Assembly (NCBI GenBank): GCA_011364905.1 | Contig: RDNZ01000011.1 | Coordinates: 50,465 to 71,320 of the forward strand | Source of the DNA: Candidatus Thorarchaeota archaeon | Lineage (GTDB): Archaea; Asgardarchaeota; Thorarchaeia; Thorarchaeales; Thorarchaeaceae | DNA length: 20,856 bases | Reading direction: 5' to 3' | Shown here: positions 9,609-18,208 of the stretch, in pieces | Layout: every line of letters begins with the position of its first letter | Numbering within the stretch: the first letter of the stretch is position 1 | Made by a program: the position numbers and the translations under genes | The notes under the pieces: model-generated | What the model was told of the DNA's origin: nothing | The model's database searches: none | The model's input: only the letters and a program-made list of their open reading frames with translations

Positions 9609-9826
9609 CCCGATTCTGCTGGTCCGGAGATGGTTGTTGGTTATCAGATTGATTTGAAATCCTACAGGCTACGTCCTTCCTTCCAGCGATATTAGTCATA
9701 TGCATCAATTTCTAAAAAAACTTCGCAATTGAGGGCACATTTTGCAGAGTCCTGATGCGGATTATGCAATCAAGTTGTATTTCTAGCAAGTTTTGGCCTT
9801 ATCCCTCTCCCGCTAATTGATATTCT
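9600..9826 (-). repeat. Upstream/promoter region of paralog B, homologous to 8419-8630
   Basis: Same colinear blocks; CTAATTGATA at 9813-9822. Confidence 0.65.
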
Positions 9827-9950
9827 AGGAAAAGCCAATGCTAGATACAATATGCTAGTTGCATGGAGCAACCTAGTGTGTTGTACAACAACGAAATATC
9901 AGTTTCCGTTTTAATCAGTGCGAAGAACTGATTGGGAGGTGAGAAAGAAG

Positions 9951-10448
9951 ATGAATAGAGCAAGTGTGATAAAACGAGTTGGAGTGGTTTTTGTTGCATT
10001 GGCGTTTATCATAGCTTTGGTGCCAAGTGCCAATGCTTCACCACAGTATTGTAGTACAATGAATGTATCCTTCAACCCGGATGTTTTCACAGATCCTGCC
10101 AATCCCATATGGATTGGAACTATTAGTGGAGATATCGATGGAACAATGATATTCTGGGCAACAGGACCAATCCCATCTAAAGATCTGGGCCACCCCCCTG
10201 GGTTCCCATGGCAAGTGCATTTCTTCACCGAATATTGGGAGATTACAACTGAGGATGGGTGGATTTATGGAATTGACAAAGGCAATACCGATTATTCCAA
10301 CTGGCAGTTCCGAATGAATGGTGAAGTAGTGGATGCGGGTGGAGTATATGCGGATCTAGTTGGTCATCAAGTGCACATGAATGGTCAAATAGAATGGACA
10401 GAAGTGTTTGTTAGCGGTATTGCGATTGGCCCAGTCATAATAACGTGA
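9951..10448 (+). CDS. Secreted beta-rich protein (possible dirigent/AOC/DUF3224-like barrel)
   Basis: GGAGGTGA SD before ATG 9951; signal peptide ending ANA; alternating beta strands; NGEVVDAGGVYADLVG resembles the GGTG.F.G motif (fold assignment is inference). Confidence 0.8.
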   Translation: MNRASVIKRVGVVFVALAFIIALVPSANASPQYCSTMNVSFNPDVFTDPANPIWIGTISGDIDGTMIFWATGPIPSKDLGHPPGFPWQVHFFTEYWEITTEDGWIYGIDKGNTDYSNWQFRMNGEVVDAGGVYADLVGHQVHMNGQIEWTEVFVSGIAIGPVIIT

Positions 10449-10469
10449 AGCAGGAGCATTGAACTAGAG

Positions 10470-10511
10470 AAGGGAGGCTACAAATTTCACTTCAAAGTCT
10501 CCCTTTTTTTC
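10470..10511 (+). terminator. Stem-loop plus T8 terminator
   Basis: AAGGGAGGCT...AGTCTCCCTT followed by a T run. Confidence 0.65.
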
Positions 10512-10624
10512 AACTGTCATTGTCCTTGTATCCAAGTTTATGGTAGCAAGACGGGTAAGATATCGGATATTCATCCAAAAAGAGGGATAACCAAAGCTAT
10601 GTTTCCTGTTGTTAGGGAGATGAT

Positions 10625-11629
10625 ATGATGGCTGTCGTGTCCATTGTTCAAAGCGAAAGCATCAGGACTACTGTTGAAGAATCAATTAGATTGCTTGGTG
10701 GGATTGATAGATTCGTGCAGCCAGAAAGTAAAGTGGTAATAAAGCCAAACTTGGTCTTTGGTCTACCTCCTTATACTGGCTTTACGACAGACTATCCGAT
10801 TGTTCAAGCCATAATCGAGCTTTGCCAAGACATGGGCAAGCTGAATATTAGCATAGCCGAGGGTTCAGGTGGTATTGACACAAACCTTGCCTTTAGAGTC
10901 AGTGGGTATGTAGAGTTAGCCGAGAAATACAATTTAAAATTGGTGGATCTAAATGGAAGTCCAAATGTGAGCGTACCAGTTCCAAGCGGTCAGGCAATCC
11001 AAGAGTTGCGAGTTCCAAAAATCATTCTTGATTGTGACGTATTGATCAACATGCCAAAGCTGAAGTTGTATAGAATAGTGCAAGGAAAAAACCAATGGGC
11101 AAGCTTAGCGGTCAAGAATCTTATGGGGGCCATTCCTGGAAAAGGTGATTACTCAGACAATCGTCCTTCTGGCTTTTGCCTCGAACTCTCCCAAGAATTC
11201 CTAACTACTAAGGGCAAATACTATCATTCCGCATATCGTAGATGGTGGAGCCCTAGCGGGGAGAAAAGACGGATTCACAAGGATTTGGTTCATGGATTAG
11301 CAGACATCAATACCGTAATCAGACCAACCCTCAATATTATCGATGGAATAGTTGTTAGCAACGACATTGATATGACAAATACGAGAGGTCAGGACCCATT
11401 CAACCTTAATACAATCCTCGCCAGTCAAGACCCTCTTGCCATTGATTTTATCGCAGCAAGAATAGGAGGACTGAGTCCTTTCAAGATACCATATCTCGAA
11501 CATGCTGCAGAAAGAGGAATAGGCGAATCAGACTACAACAAAATTCAGACACTCGGGATTTCATTGGATGAGATAATTGAAACTTGGGAAAAGGAACTAT
11601 CTAAACGACAAAGATCAAATTCATCATGA
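10625..11629 (+). CDS. DUF362 domain protein (no C-terminal ferredoxin)
   Basis: LGGIDRFV...KVVIKPNLV, TTD, IAEGSG, DVLINMPKLK, KNLMG, LNIIDGI, ASQDPLAID, IPYL. Confidence 0.85.
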   Translation: MMAVVSIVQSESIRTTVEESIRLLGGIDRFVQPESKVVIKPNLVFGLPPYTGFTTDYPIVQAIIELCQDMGKLNISIAEGSGGIDTNLAFRVSGYVELAEKYNLKLVDLNGSPNVSVPVPSGQAIQELRVPKIILDCDVLINMPKLKLYRIVQGKNQWASLAVKNLMGAIPGKGDYSDNRPSGFCLELSQEFLTTKGKYYHSAYRRWWSPSGEKRRIHKDLVHGLADINTVIRPTLNIIDGIVVSNDIDMTNTRGQDPFNLNTILASQDPLAIDFIAARIGGLSPFKIPYLEHAAERGIGESDYNKIQTLGISLDEIIETWEKELSKRQRSNSS

Positions 11630-11722
11630 CCTGTTGGGGCATAATGCCAATCATCTTGTGCTACTTATTATTCTGAGATGATGACTCAGGCCTTTGTTTC
11701 ATTGTCCTTGCACAAGTCACTA

Positions 11723-13465
11723 TTATTTGTCAGCACACGCCAAATGCGATTGTAGCTCTTGGATAACTTTCTGTTTCAACGTATCGATGTTTCCCCCATG
11801 ACTCTCAATCACAACATCCTGAAGAACTCCATTCAGCCGGTCATAGCTCAACGTTATCATAGCAGTGTCGATACCATCAGGTTCCGAGAAAATGTAGTGT
11901 GTTCGAACAGACTCTCGATCTTCCTGCACCACCTCATCAATCGATGTGATGACTTTCGTGGAGAGATACTGCTCGATATCTTCTGGATTACATTTCTGAT
12001 TCAGTTCATGTTGGATAACATGGTCCTTCTCGACTCTGCCGCCCATCCAATCCATCGCCTTCTTCAGACCTACTACAATTGCGACCCATAGGATGACCGA
12101 GGAAACAAAGAATAGCAGCGGGTAATCACTGGCTAGTGAAGCGTAAGGTGTGATGTATTCTCCAGTAATTGCCAATATGATGTCAAAGGCAATGGTACCT
12201 GACAGAACGAGTTGTATGACATTCAATACGTCCCCGGTTCGTTCATTGGCTTTGATGACCTCACTCGTACTTCGGGTGTTATCACGTAATGCACCATATA
12301 CGCGTCTCATTTGTTGCTCGATTTGAGTTGAAAGAAGTGTTTGAAGACCTTCAACTTCATTCTCAATACTCTTCAGCACTAGATCGATGTCACTTATCCT
12401 CTCGATAATAGAAGTGAATCTACGATCTATCTCAAGCATCTTTCGAAGCTTTTGATCAACAGATGCTGCTGCTTGTTTCCAACGTTCTGCGATTAGCGGA
12501 AATCCTCGATGCAAATAACCTTCCGTTGATGTAAGAATTGTATAGTTTGCCGTGGCTTCTGTTAAGATGTTCTGTGCCTTAGTAATAGCTGAGTAGTCAC
12601 CTTCTGTGGTTTTTTCGATTAGGTCTACAACCTGAGTAAGCTCATCCTCCAATAGTGACATCCTGTTAAATAAGCCATCAACAAAAATCTCTGCGCTTCT
12701 CAACAGAGAGTAGAAGGTGATCAAGGTTTCATAATCCTTCCAATTCGGAGAAACAATCAACATGCCACCATCCCCCATGAATACTCTGGCTTTCTTTGTA
12801 GAAATGAAATGGACCAGCTGCATGTTATCAAGGACTTGCTCCAATTCATTCTGATATTCCTCTCCATCCATATAGAATGACATATCATCTTTCTGAGGCG
12901 TGATTGACGAAGCAAGAAGCCCCAGGAATTTGTATCTGCTATTTGGCGTACCTTTGAAGATACAGTCCAATATTGCGCGTTGATGATGTGTCAGAAGTGT
13001 GTCCATCAGGAGGGAGGAGTCATTCATGAGATCTGTGACAACTCTGGCAATGTGATCAATCGAGGCAGTTGGTTCATCAGACAAGCCATCCTCCCCGATT
13101 CTGTTCAGCTCACAGCCATAAATGACATGTCCTTCGTGACTCAAGAACATCCCGACAATCTCTTCTTGCTCTACCACATCATCAGGATCCTGCATGCTTG
13201 CTTCGCATGCGATATATTCAGACCCTCTCGAATCAATCACACGTACAGAGTTGCATCTCTTCTCGGAGGTGAAAGTTGTGCTTTCGGGCCACTCGTCCAT
13301 TAGCATAGTGACGAACTCACCATGCAGTGTTCGCTTTGACATGAGCTTCTGTGCAATGGCCTCGAGTGTATTCCTATCTGTTGGAAGAAACTCACTGAGA
13401 ATCAGCTTGACTCCACCGAGTTTTATTGATTCAAGAAGTTTATCCTTAATGAGTTCTTCAACCAT
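11723..13465 (-). CDS. Uncharacterised membrane protein with CorA/ZntB-like topology (large soluble domain, coiled-coil stalk, two TM helices, extra C-terminal domain), lacking GMN
   Basis: 580 aa; stalk ISDIDLVLKSIENEVEGLQTLLSTQIEQQMRRV; TM1 VLNVIQLVLSGTIAFDIILAITGEY; TM2 YPLLFFVSSVILWVAIVVGL; start overlaps the upstream stop (TAATG). Confidence 0.8.
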   Translation of the reverse strand: MVEELIKDKLLESIKLGGVKLILSEFLPTDRNTLEAIAQKLMSKRTLHGEFVTMLMDEWPESTTFTSEKRCNSVRVIDSRGSEYIACEASMQDPDDVVEQEEIVGMFLSHEGHVIYGCELNRIGEDGLSDEPTASIDHIARVVTDLMNDSSLLMDTLLTHHQRAILDCIFKGTPNSRYKFLGLLASSITPQKDDMSFYMDGEEYQNELEQVLDNMQLVHFISTKKARVFMGDGGMLIVSPNWKDYETLITFYSLLRSAEIFVDGLFNRMSLLEDELTQVVDLIEKTTEGDYSAITKAQNILTEATANYTILTSTEGYLHRGFPLIAERWKQAAASVDQKLRKMLEIDRRFTSIIERISDIDLVLKSIENEVEGLQTLLSTQIEQQMRRVYGALRDNTRSTSEVIKANERTGDVLNVIQLVLSGTIAFDIILAITGEYITPYASLASDYPLLFFVSSVILWVAIVVGLKKAMDWMGGRVEKDHVIQHELNQKCNPEDIEQYLSTKVITSIDEVVQEDRESVRTHYIFSEPDGIDTAMITLSYDRLNGVLQDVVIESHGGNIDTLKQKVIQELQSHLACADK

Positions 13466-14061
13466 TATTCTTCCTCCCGGTCTTTATTGGAGTATTTTTC
13501 CTTGTCCGCTCCAAACCATCCAAAATTGAACGATGGCAGGTATGCTTTAGTTGCGTAAGGGATGTCTTCGATATCACCAATGAGCACTTTCTCATTGAAG
13601 TCGCATGGATCGCATCTAAAGGAAAAGTCTGAACCATTCATGGCTACTGTGTACAAACCACCACACGAATGATAAATCAGTGATGAAATCTCTTGCCTAA
13701 TTGATTCAGTTGCCTCGTTGACTTTTTGCTGCCCCAATTCTGTAAGTCGATACGCTGTAACAAACCCATATTGAGATGTGCTGACTCTTAGAATTGATAT
13801 CATCCTTAGGTTCAAGAGATCTTCGAGGTCATCCTTCCCTTCTCTACTTATATTCAACCACTCGCGCGTTCCATCAAGCATTGCCACACTCCAAGGCGCG
13901 TAATCGTAATCTCGAAAGACTTCTTTTACAATTCCCTGATATATAATGGCCATCAACGGAAGTTCCTTGACCCAAATCGGATTTTCTTCATGTCCCTCTT
14001 GTGTATATGCTGCGATGACCATTAGTAGCCTCATCATATCGTCTGTGAATTCCTCATCCAT
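13465..14061 (-). CDS. Uncharacterised winged-helix plus zinc-ribbon protein
   Basis: 198 aa; DDLEDLLNLRMI...AYRLTELGQQKV (wHTH helix 3 and wing); HSC-x16-CDPC; GGGAG SD. Confidence 0.8.
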   Translation of the reverse strand: MDEEFTDDMMRLLMVIAAYTQEGHEENPIWVKELPLMAIIYQGIVKEVFRDYDYAPWSVAMLDGTREWLNISREGKDDLEDLLNLRMISILRVSTSQYGFVTAYRLTELGQQKVNEATESIRQEISSLIYHSCGGLYTVAMNGSDFSFRCDPCDFNEKVLIGDIEDIPYATKAYLPSFNFGWFGADKEKYSNKDREEE

Positions 14062-14363
14062 TGACTCCCGACTCCTGCGTCGAATTCAGTAGGGTTTCCT
14101 TTTTGCAAAGATACCTAATACATTTTCGGGGATTGCATCTCACGATTCAAAATGCAATTGAAAGCCCATTGAAGCAAAATCTAGACTTTTTCGTGCCAAA
14201 GAAGTAAATTTTTGATGTAGTTCTAACGCTTCTACTTCTCTGAACATTGTCAGAAACTGGTTGGCTCATCTGGTATGTCTTTCAAGCATTTTCCAAAGAC
14301 TTGATATAATTAGGACTATAAAATAGATTAAAAGATGTATGAATTCCGGGGAATTTGCACAAA

Positions 14364-14792
14364 ATGAAAGAGCCCTCGATAGGATGTTATCTCATAGTTG
14401 GCATTGTTCTCGTGGTCATATTCAATTCAATCCCTGTAAGCCAGATAGTTGAAGGCACTAACTCTACAGAATATACATCCAGTGACCAAAATCACATTGA
14501 AGTCGGTTTTGGCGGAACAAGAGTCACGTGGGTCACTGTGATATGCAACCGAACCTCGGAGATACGATTCATGTACCAAGACGGTGTATGGACTTCGACA
14601 AGCAATACTCTTGTGGCTTCATTCGAATCGACTCTTGCTAGCTACAGTTTTGAAGCTGAACATTCAGTCTATATAATTGAAGTAACTTCCAGTGGACCAT
14701 TTCTGGTAAGTGTGACTTACACATATCAGATCGAGATTAAAACCAGCTATTTTGGAGCTTTTCTCTACTCGCTTGGGATATACAGAGTGTGA
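14364..14792 (+). CDS. Hypothetical membrane-anchored protein (N-terminal TM, beta-sandwich-like middle, hydrophobic C-terminus)
   Basis: ORF fills the gap between neighbours; IGCYLIVGIVLVVIF TM; Ser/Thr/beta-rich body. Confidence 0.65.
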   Translation: MKEPSIGCYLIVGIVLVVIFNSIPVSQIVEGTNSTEYTSSDQNHIEVGFGGTRVTWVTVICNRTSEIRFMYQDGVWTSTSNTLVASFESTLASYSFEAEHSVYIIEVTSSGPFLVSVTYTYQIEIKTSYFGAFLYSLGIYRV

Positions 14793-14812
14793 TGCTGAAG
14801 ATTCACAGCTCA

Positions 14813-15628
14813 TTAAGAGAGATTCACGCGAGATGCAACATCAATTCCATCATTTTCAGCAATTCTGAGAAGCATTGGAATGAGCGAAAGATCAATGGAA
14901 ACAAGATACGCCAGCTTCTTTGGTGTATAGACTCTAGCACCAGCAGTGAGTAGTTCCCATAGACGCCTGTAAGAATATTTCAATTTGCGATAATCGTTTC
15001 TTAACATGCTAAATCCATTTGGACTATCAAGTGCATCTTTGATAATCCGTTCAAAGTGGGATGTGTCAATTGCGATACCTTCAGAGATGAAGCTTCCATA
15101 TTGCAGATCATAGATTGTAGGTCTCATGCCAGTGACATAGTCAATCTCATCGAAAGTTATCACAAATGACGCTGGCGTTTCATCTGTGAATAGAGAGTCA
15201 ATCTGGTCCTTCACAACCCTACCAATACTCTTGTTCTTGTGAATGAGATACAAAGAGTTGCCTGCAATGAGTTGAGCAGATATATGGGCGAATGTTTTCA
15301 CCGCTTCCTCTTGCTTGTCGCCGAATGAACTGATAATGGAATTGAGGTCAATTGTGTCTTCCTTAACAGTCTTGGCGGGTTCATCCTCCAGTGTCGAGCT
15401 ATCAGCGACCTGCAGAAGTGAAGGATATTCAACGCCTCGTGCTTTGAGATTCATATCAAGATAAACTAGTATTGCATGTTGAGGCGTTCCGTGAACGGAG
15501 ATGACAGAGATAAGCCCAGTTTTTGCCTTCTCCATATCTTCCTCTGTAATCTCTAGAGGTACATTTTCCTTGCATATGTTGCAGAAAGCGTACACATCAG
15601 ATGGTTCGTTTTCAGCCACGGTGCACAA
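14813..15628 (-). CDS. Hypothetical protein with an N-terminal CxxC..H..H metal-binding domain of a type I associate with Asgard archaea
   Basis: CNIC...VHGTPQHAILVYLDMNLKARGVE; C-terminal HTH-like segment YTPKKLAYLVSIDLSLIPMLL; alternative start GTG 15619. Confidence 0.75.
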   Translation of the reverse strand: MCTVAENEPSDVYAFCNICKENVPLEITEEDMEKAKTGLISVISVHGTPQHAILVYLDMNLKARGVEYPSLLQVADSSTLEDEPAKTVKEDTIDLNSIISSFGDKQEEAVKTFAHISAQLIAGNSLYLIHKNKSIGRVVKDQIDSLFTDETPASFVITFDEIDYVTGMRPTIYDLQYGSFISEGIAIDTSHFERIIKDALDSPNGFSMLRNDYRKLKYSYRRLWELLTAGARVYTPKKLAYLVSIDLSLIPMLLRIAENDGIDVASRVNLS

Positions 15629-15728
15629 CCCGAGTAGTTACTTGTTATGTATTCCAAACCACTCGTTATCAACGATTCTAGTATTATTTCAGTTGGAATA
15701 TTATCCTCTCAGGTTAGTTTCCGGTCGA

Positions 15729-16265
15729 CTAACTCCCAATCTTCAGTTTGAAGACCTTTTCGAATTTGTCTAGTTTTGGCGCAATCACCAATCTGCAATA
15801 GCCCTCACCGGGATTGTTGCGATAGTAGTTCTGATGATGGTCTTCTGCCTTGTAGAAGTTTTCAAAGGGAACAATCTCTGTGACAATAGGATTTTTCCGA
15901 GTCCCGCTCTTATCAAGTTCCGCCTTGACCTTTTCAGCTTTTTTCCTCTGTTCCTCATCATGATAGAAGATAACCGACCTGTACTGCGATCCAACATCAT
16001 TGCCTTGCCGATTCAATGTGGTTGGATCATGTGTATTGAAGAAGACCTCAAGTAATTCTTCGAATGAGATTTGCTCTGGATCAAATTGAATCTGGCATAC
16101 CTCTGCATGGCCCGTCCGGCCAGTGCAAACCTGTTGATATGTAGGGTTCTCAACATGACCACCAGCGTATCCAGAAACAACGGAGGACACGCCTTTTAGT
16201 TGCTGAAACACAGCTTCTGTACACCAGAAGCATCCAGAACCGAATGTTGCAGTTTCCATATTCAT
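15729..16265 (-). CDS. msrA: Peptide-methionine (S)-S-oxide reductase
   Basis: [61 protein letters not shown]. Confidence 0.97.
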   Translation of the reverse strand: MNMETATFGSGCFWCTEAVFQQLKGVSSVVSGYAGGHVENPTYQQVCTGRTGHAEVCQIQFDPEQISFEELLEVFFNTHDPTTLNRQGNDVGSQYRSVIFYHDEEQRKKAEKVKAELDKSGTRKNPIVTEIVPFENFYKAEDHHQNYYRNNPGEGYCRLVIAPKLDKFEKVFKLKIGS

Positions 16266-16401
16266 TCATTGTCTTTAACATTAATCAATTAGTGGAAAGG
16301 GGAAATTATTCGACCATAAGCTTGTCTTCGGGTTCTCAGTCGCAATTCAAACGTATCCTAAAGGAGTAAGAATTTCACATCGTTTGTACAAAGGTTTGAC
16401 C

Positions 16402-16842
16402 ATGAATCTCAACTTCGATACCATGCGGCGCCTAGTTGAAGACCTGAATGTTGGAATCTGCGTCTTAGACAAGGAAGACAGGATTGTTATATTCAATCGA
16501 AAGGTTGCGGAACAACTCCAACAGGATGTGGAAAGACTGAACTCGTCCATCCTTCGATGCCATCCTGAACGTGCAGAACCGGGTGTTCTAAAGATGATTG
16601 GAGATCTGAAGAGTGGTGAGCTAGATAAGTATGAAGGATGGGTTCACTTCATTGGAGGCTACTTTTACGAGTATATCTACGCAGTTCGTGATGATGCTGG
16701 AAATCATTTAGCAACAGTGATGGAACTACATGATGCCGCAGATAGAGCCAAGTATCTCAGAATGACGGAAAATTGGGAACCTCCACCAGAGCATGGCAGA
16801 GGGGAGAGCTCACCAAGAAGCCCGTTCCCAAAGATTAACTGA
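16402..16842 (+). CDS. Stand-alone PAS domain protein (PAS_10/DUF438-C-like, CHP motif)
   Basis: LVEDLNVGICVLDKEDRIVIFN, SILRCHP, AVRDDAGNHLATVMELHD. Confidence 0.85.
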   Translation: MNLNFDTMRRLVEDLNVGICVLDKEDRIVIFNRKVAEQLQQDVERLNSSILRCHPERAEPGVLKMIGDLKSGELDKYEGWVHFIGGYFYEYIYAVRDDAGNHLATVMELHDAADRAKYLRMTENWEPPPEHGRGESSPRSPFPKIN

Positions 16843-17353
16843 TTCCATCGCCGTCGATCCTTCCCACTCCGAGGTTTAGAATGACTCGGAGAAGGTAGAT
16901 GAAGAATCCAGCAACTCCAAGAACAACACAGAGATTGTACACAAAGCCAAATCCCAGAAGTCCAACAAATGGATTACCAAGGAGTGGAAAGAACGGATTC
17001 ATTTCCGAATAAAGGAACGAGTCCAGTAGAACATGAGAATAGGTGCCAATGAAGCTGGCTGAAATAATATGTCGCATAGAAGACTCCTGCTTAAGACCAA
17101 AGAATGACACAATCTCGTTGAGGTATTTCCTAAAGGGGTATAACGAAACTGAGAGACCACAAGCAACAATTGTGGCTCCTAAGTAGGTATGGAAAAACGC
17201 ATGAAGTGGCATTTGCAAATCGAAGAGTATCACGGCAAGAGGTTCAAGATCTAGTATGACACTAGCAACCATAATCGTTGCAAGGTCGATGAAGGGAAAG
17301 AGTAGGATCCCAATGAACAACGCAGGTCCGAAATGGTAAGGCGTGAAAGGCAT
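16835..17353 (-). CDS. DUF4184 / YdjM-like membrane-bound metal-dependent hydrolase family protein
   Basis: MPFTPYHFGP, ASVILDLEP, LHAFFHTYLGA, SHVLLDS..YSEMNPFFPLLGNP. Confidence 0.8.
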   Translation of the reverse strand: MPFTPYHFGPALFIGILLFPFIDLATIMVASVILDLEPLAVILFDLQMPLHAFFHTYLGATIVACGLSVSLYPFRKYLNEIVSFFGLKQESSMRHIISASFIGTYSHVLLDSFLYSEMNPFFPLLGNPFVGLLGFGFVYNLCVVLGVAGFFIYLLRVILNLGVGRIDGDGIS

Positions 17354-17432
17354 TTCTCATTCCCAGAGATTATTACAGATTGAATCATATAAGTGACTTG
17401 AACTACAAGGATTCGTACCAAGAGTGATAAAC

Positions 17433-17867
17433 ATGAAGAAGCTGTATGTCGGAATGGGGGCTGCTTTAGAGAAAGATGGAAAATACCTAATACTCAAGAG
17501 GTCAGATTCAAAGGATTTTGCTCCAAATGCATGGGAAGTTGTGACAGGACGAATAGAGGAGGATGAGAGTCCAGAAGATGGCATTCTTCGTGAGATTGTG
17601 GAGGAAACTGGTCTCAGAGCTGAGATTGTGATGCCAGTTGAAACAGGTTTCTTCTATAGAGGTGGAAAGGAGTTCCCTATGGTCTTCATCTCATATTGGT
17701 GTAGGTGCAAAGAAGAAGATGTCAGACTCAATTGGGAACACAGCGAGTTCAAATGGGCCTCTATAGAGGAGGCGCTGGAAGAACCAACTATGAGTCACTT
17801 CTATGGATTGTTTAGAAGGATAGAGCTGCTCAAACAACACTTGCCCAACGAATTCACGCTCCCCTAA
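17433..17867 (+). CDS. NUDIX hydrolase
   Basis: Nudix box GRIEEDESPEDGILREIVEETGL; LKRS...F.PNAWE; EHSEFKW. Confidence 0.92.
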   Translation: MKKLYVGMGAALEKDGKYLILKRSDSKDFAPNAWEVVTGRIEEDESPEDGILREIVEETGLRAEIVMPVETGFFYRGGKEFPMVFISYWCRCKEEDVRLNWEHSEFKWASIEEALEEPTMSHFYGLFRRIELLKQHLPNEFTLP

Positions 17868-18208
17868 TCCATATCGCGCTCATCCACAAGGCTGACTAAA
17901 TCACATGCTTCTTCACTATTACAAATCCGTATCATCGAAATCCATCCCATTGGTATCACGCTGGAATGAACTGGTCGTCTAGGCCCAACGATGAAGTAAT
18001 CATCACCTACGTAGATAATTCTCACACCATGGGTTTCAGATACCATCTCCTCTCGATCATCAGAATGGCCATAGGCGCTAGCGCATAGATATACATCGAC
18101 CAAGCTTTCCGAATCTGCGAGATATTCTAACATCCCTTTCCAATCTTTACCGAATTCTAGCGTGCTTCCTGCGACATCCATCTTCTGTGGCTCCGTTTGT
18201 ATCATCAT
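17864..18208 (-). CDS. Small hypothetical protein, probable Sm/Hfq-like beta-barrel
   Basis: Start reassigned to ATG 18208 (GAGG SD, TTATAT about 25 nt upstream); pattern WKGMLEYL....LVDVYL...GVRIIYVGDDYFIV...VIPMGWISMIRI. Confidence 0.65.
   Translation of the reverse strand: MMIQTEPQKMDVAGSTLEFGKDWKGMLEYLADSESLVDVYLCASAYGHSDDREEMVSETHGVRIIYVGDDYFIVGPRRPVHSSVIPMGWISMIRICNSEEACDLVSLVDERDMD

Noticed and set aside
9601-9699. 32-codon minus-strand uORF overlapping the start of regulator B
   Set aside because: The homologous leader of paralog A has ATA at the start position and compensating indels, so the peptide is not conserved.
11656-11716. ATGATGA (C-box-like) in the loop of CTGAG/CTCAG, within a CTTGTGC/GCACAAG inverted repeat
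   Set aside because: No downstream CTGA D box; more likely a terminator-region structure between convergent genes.
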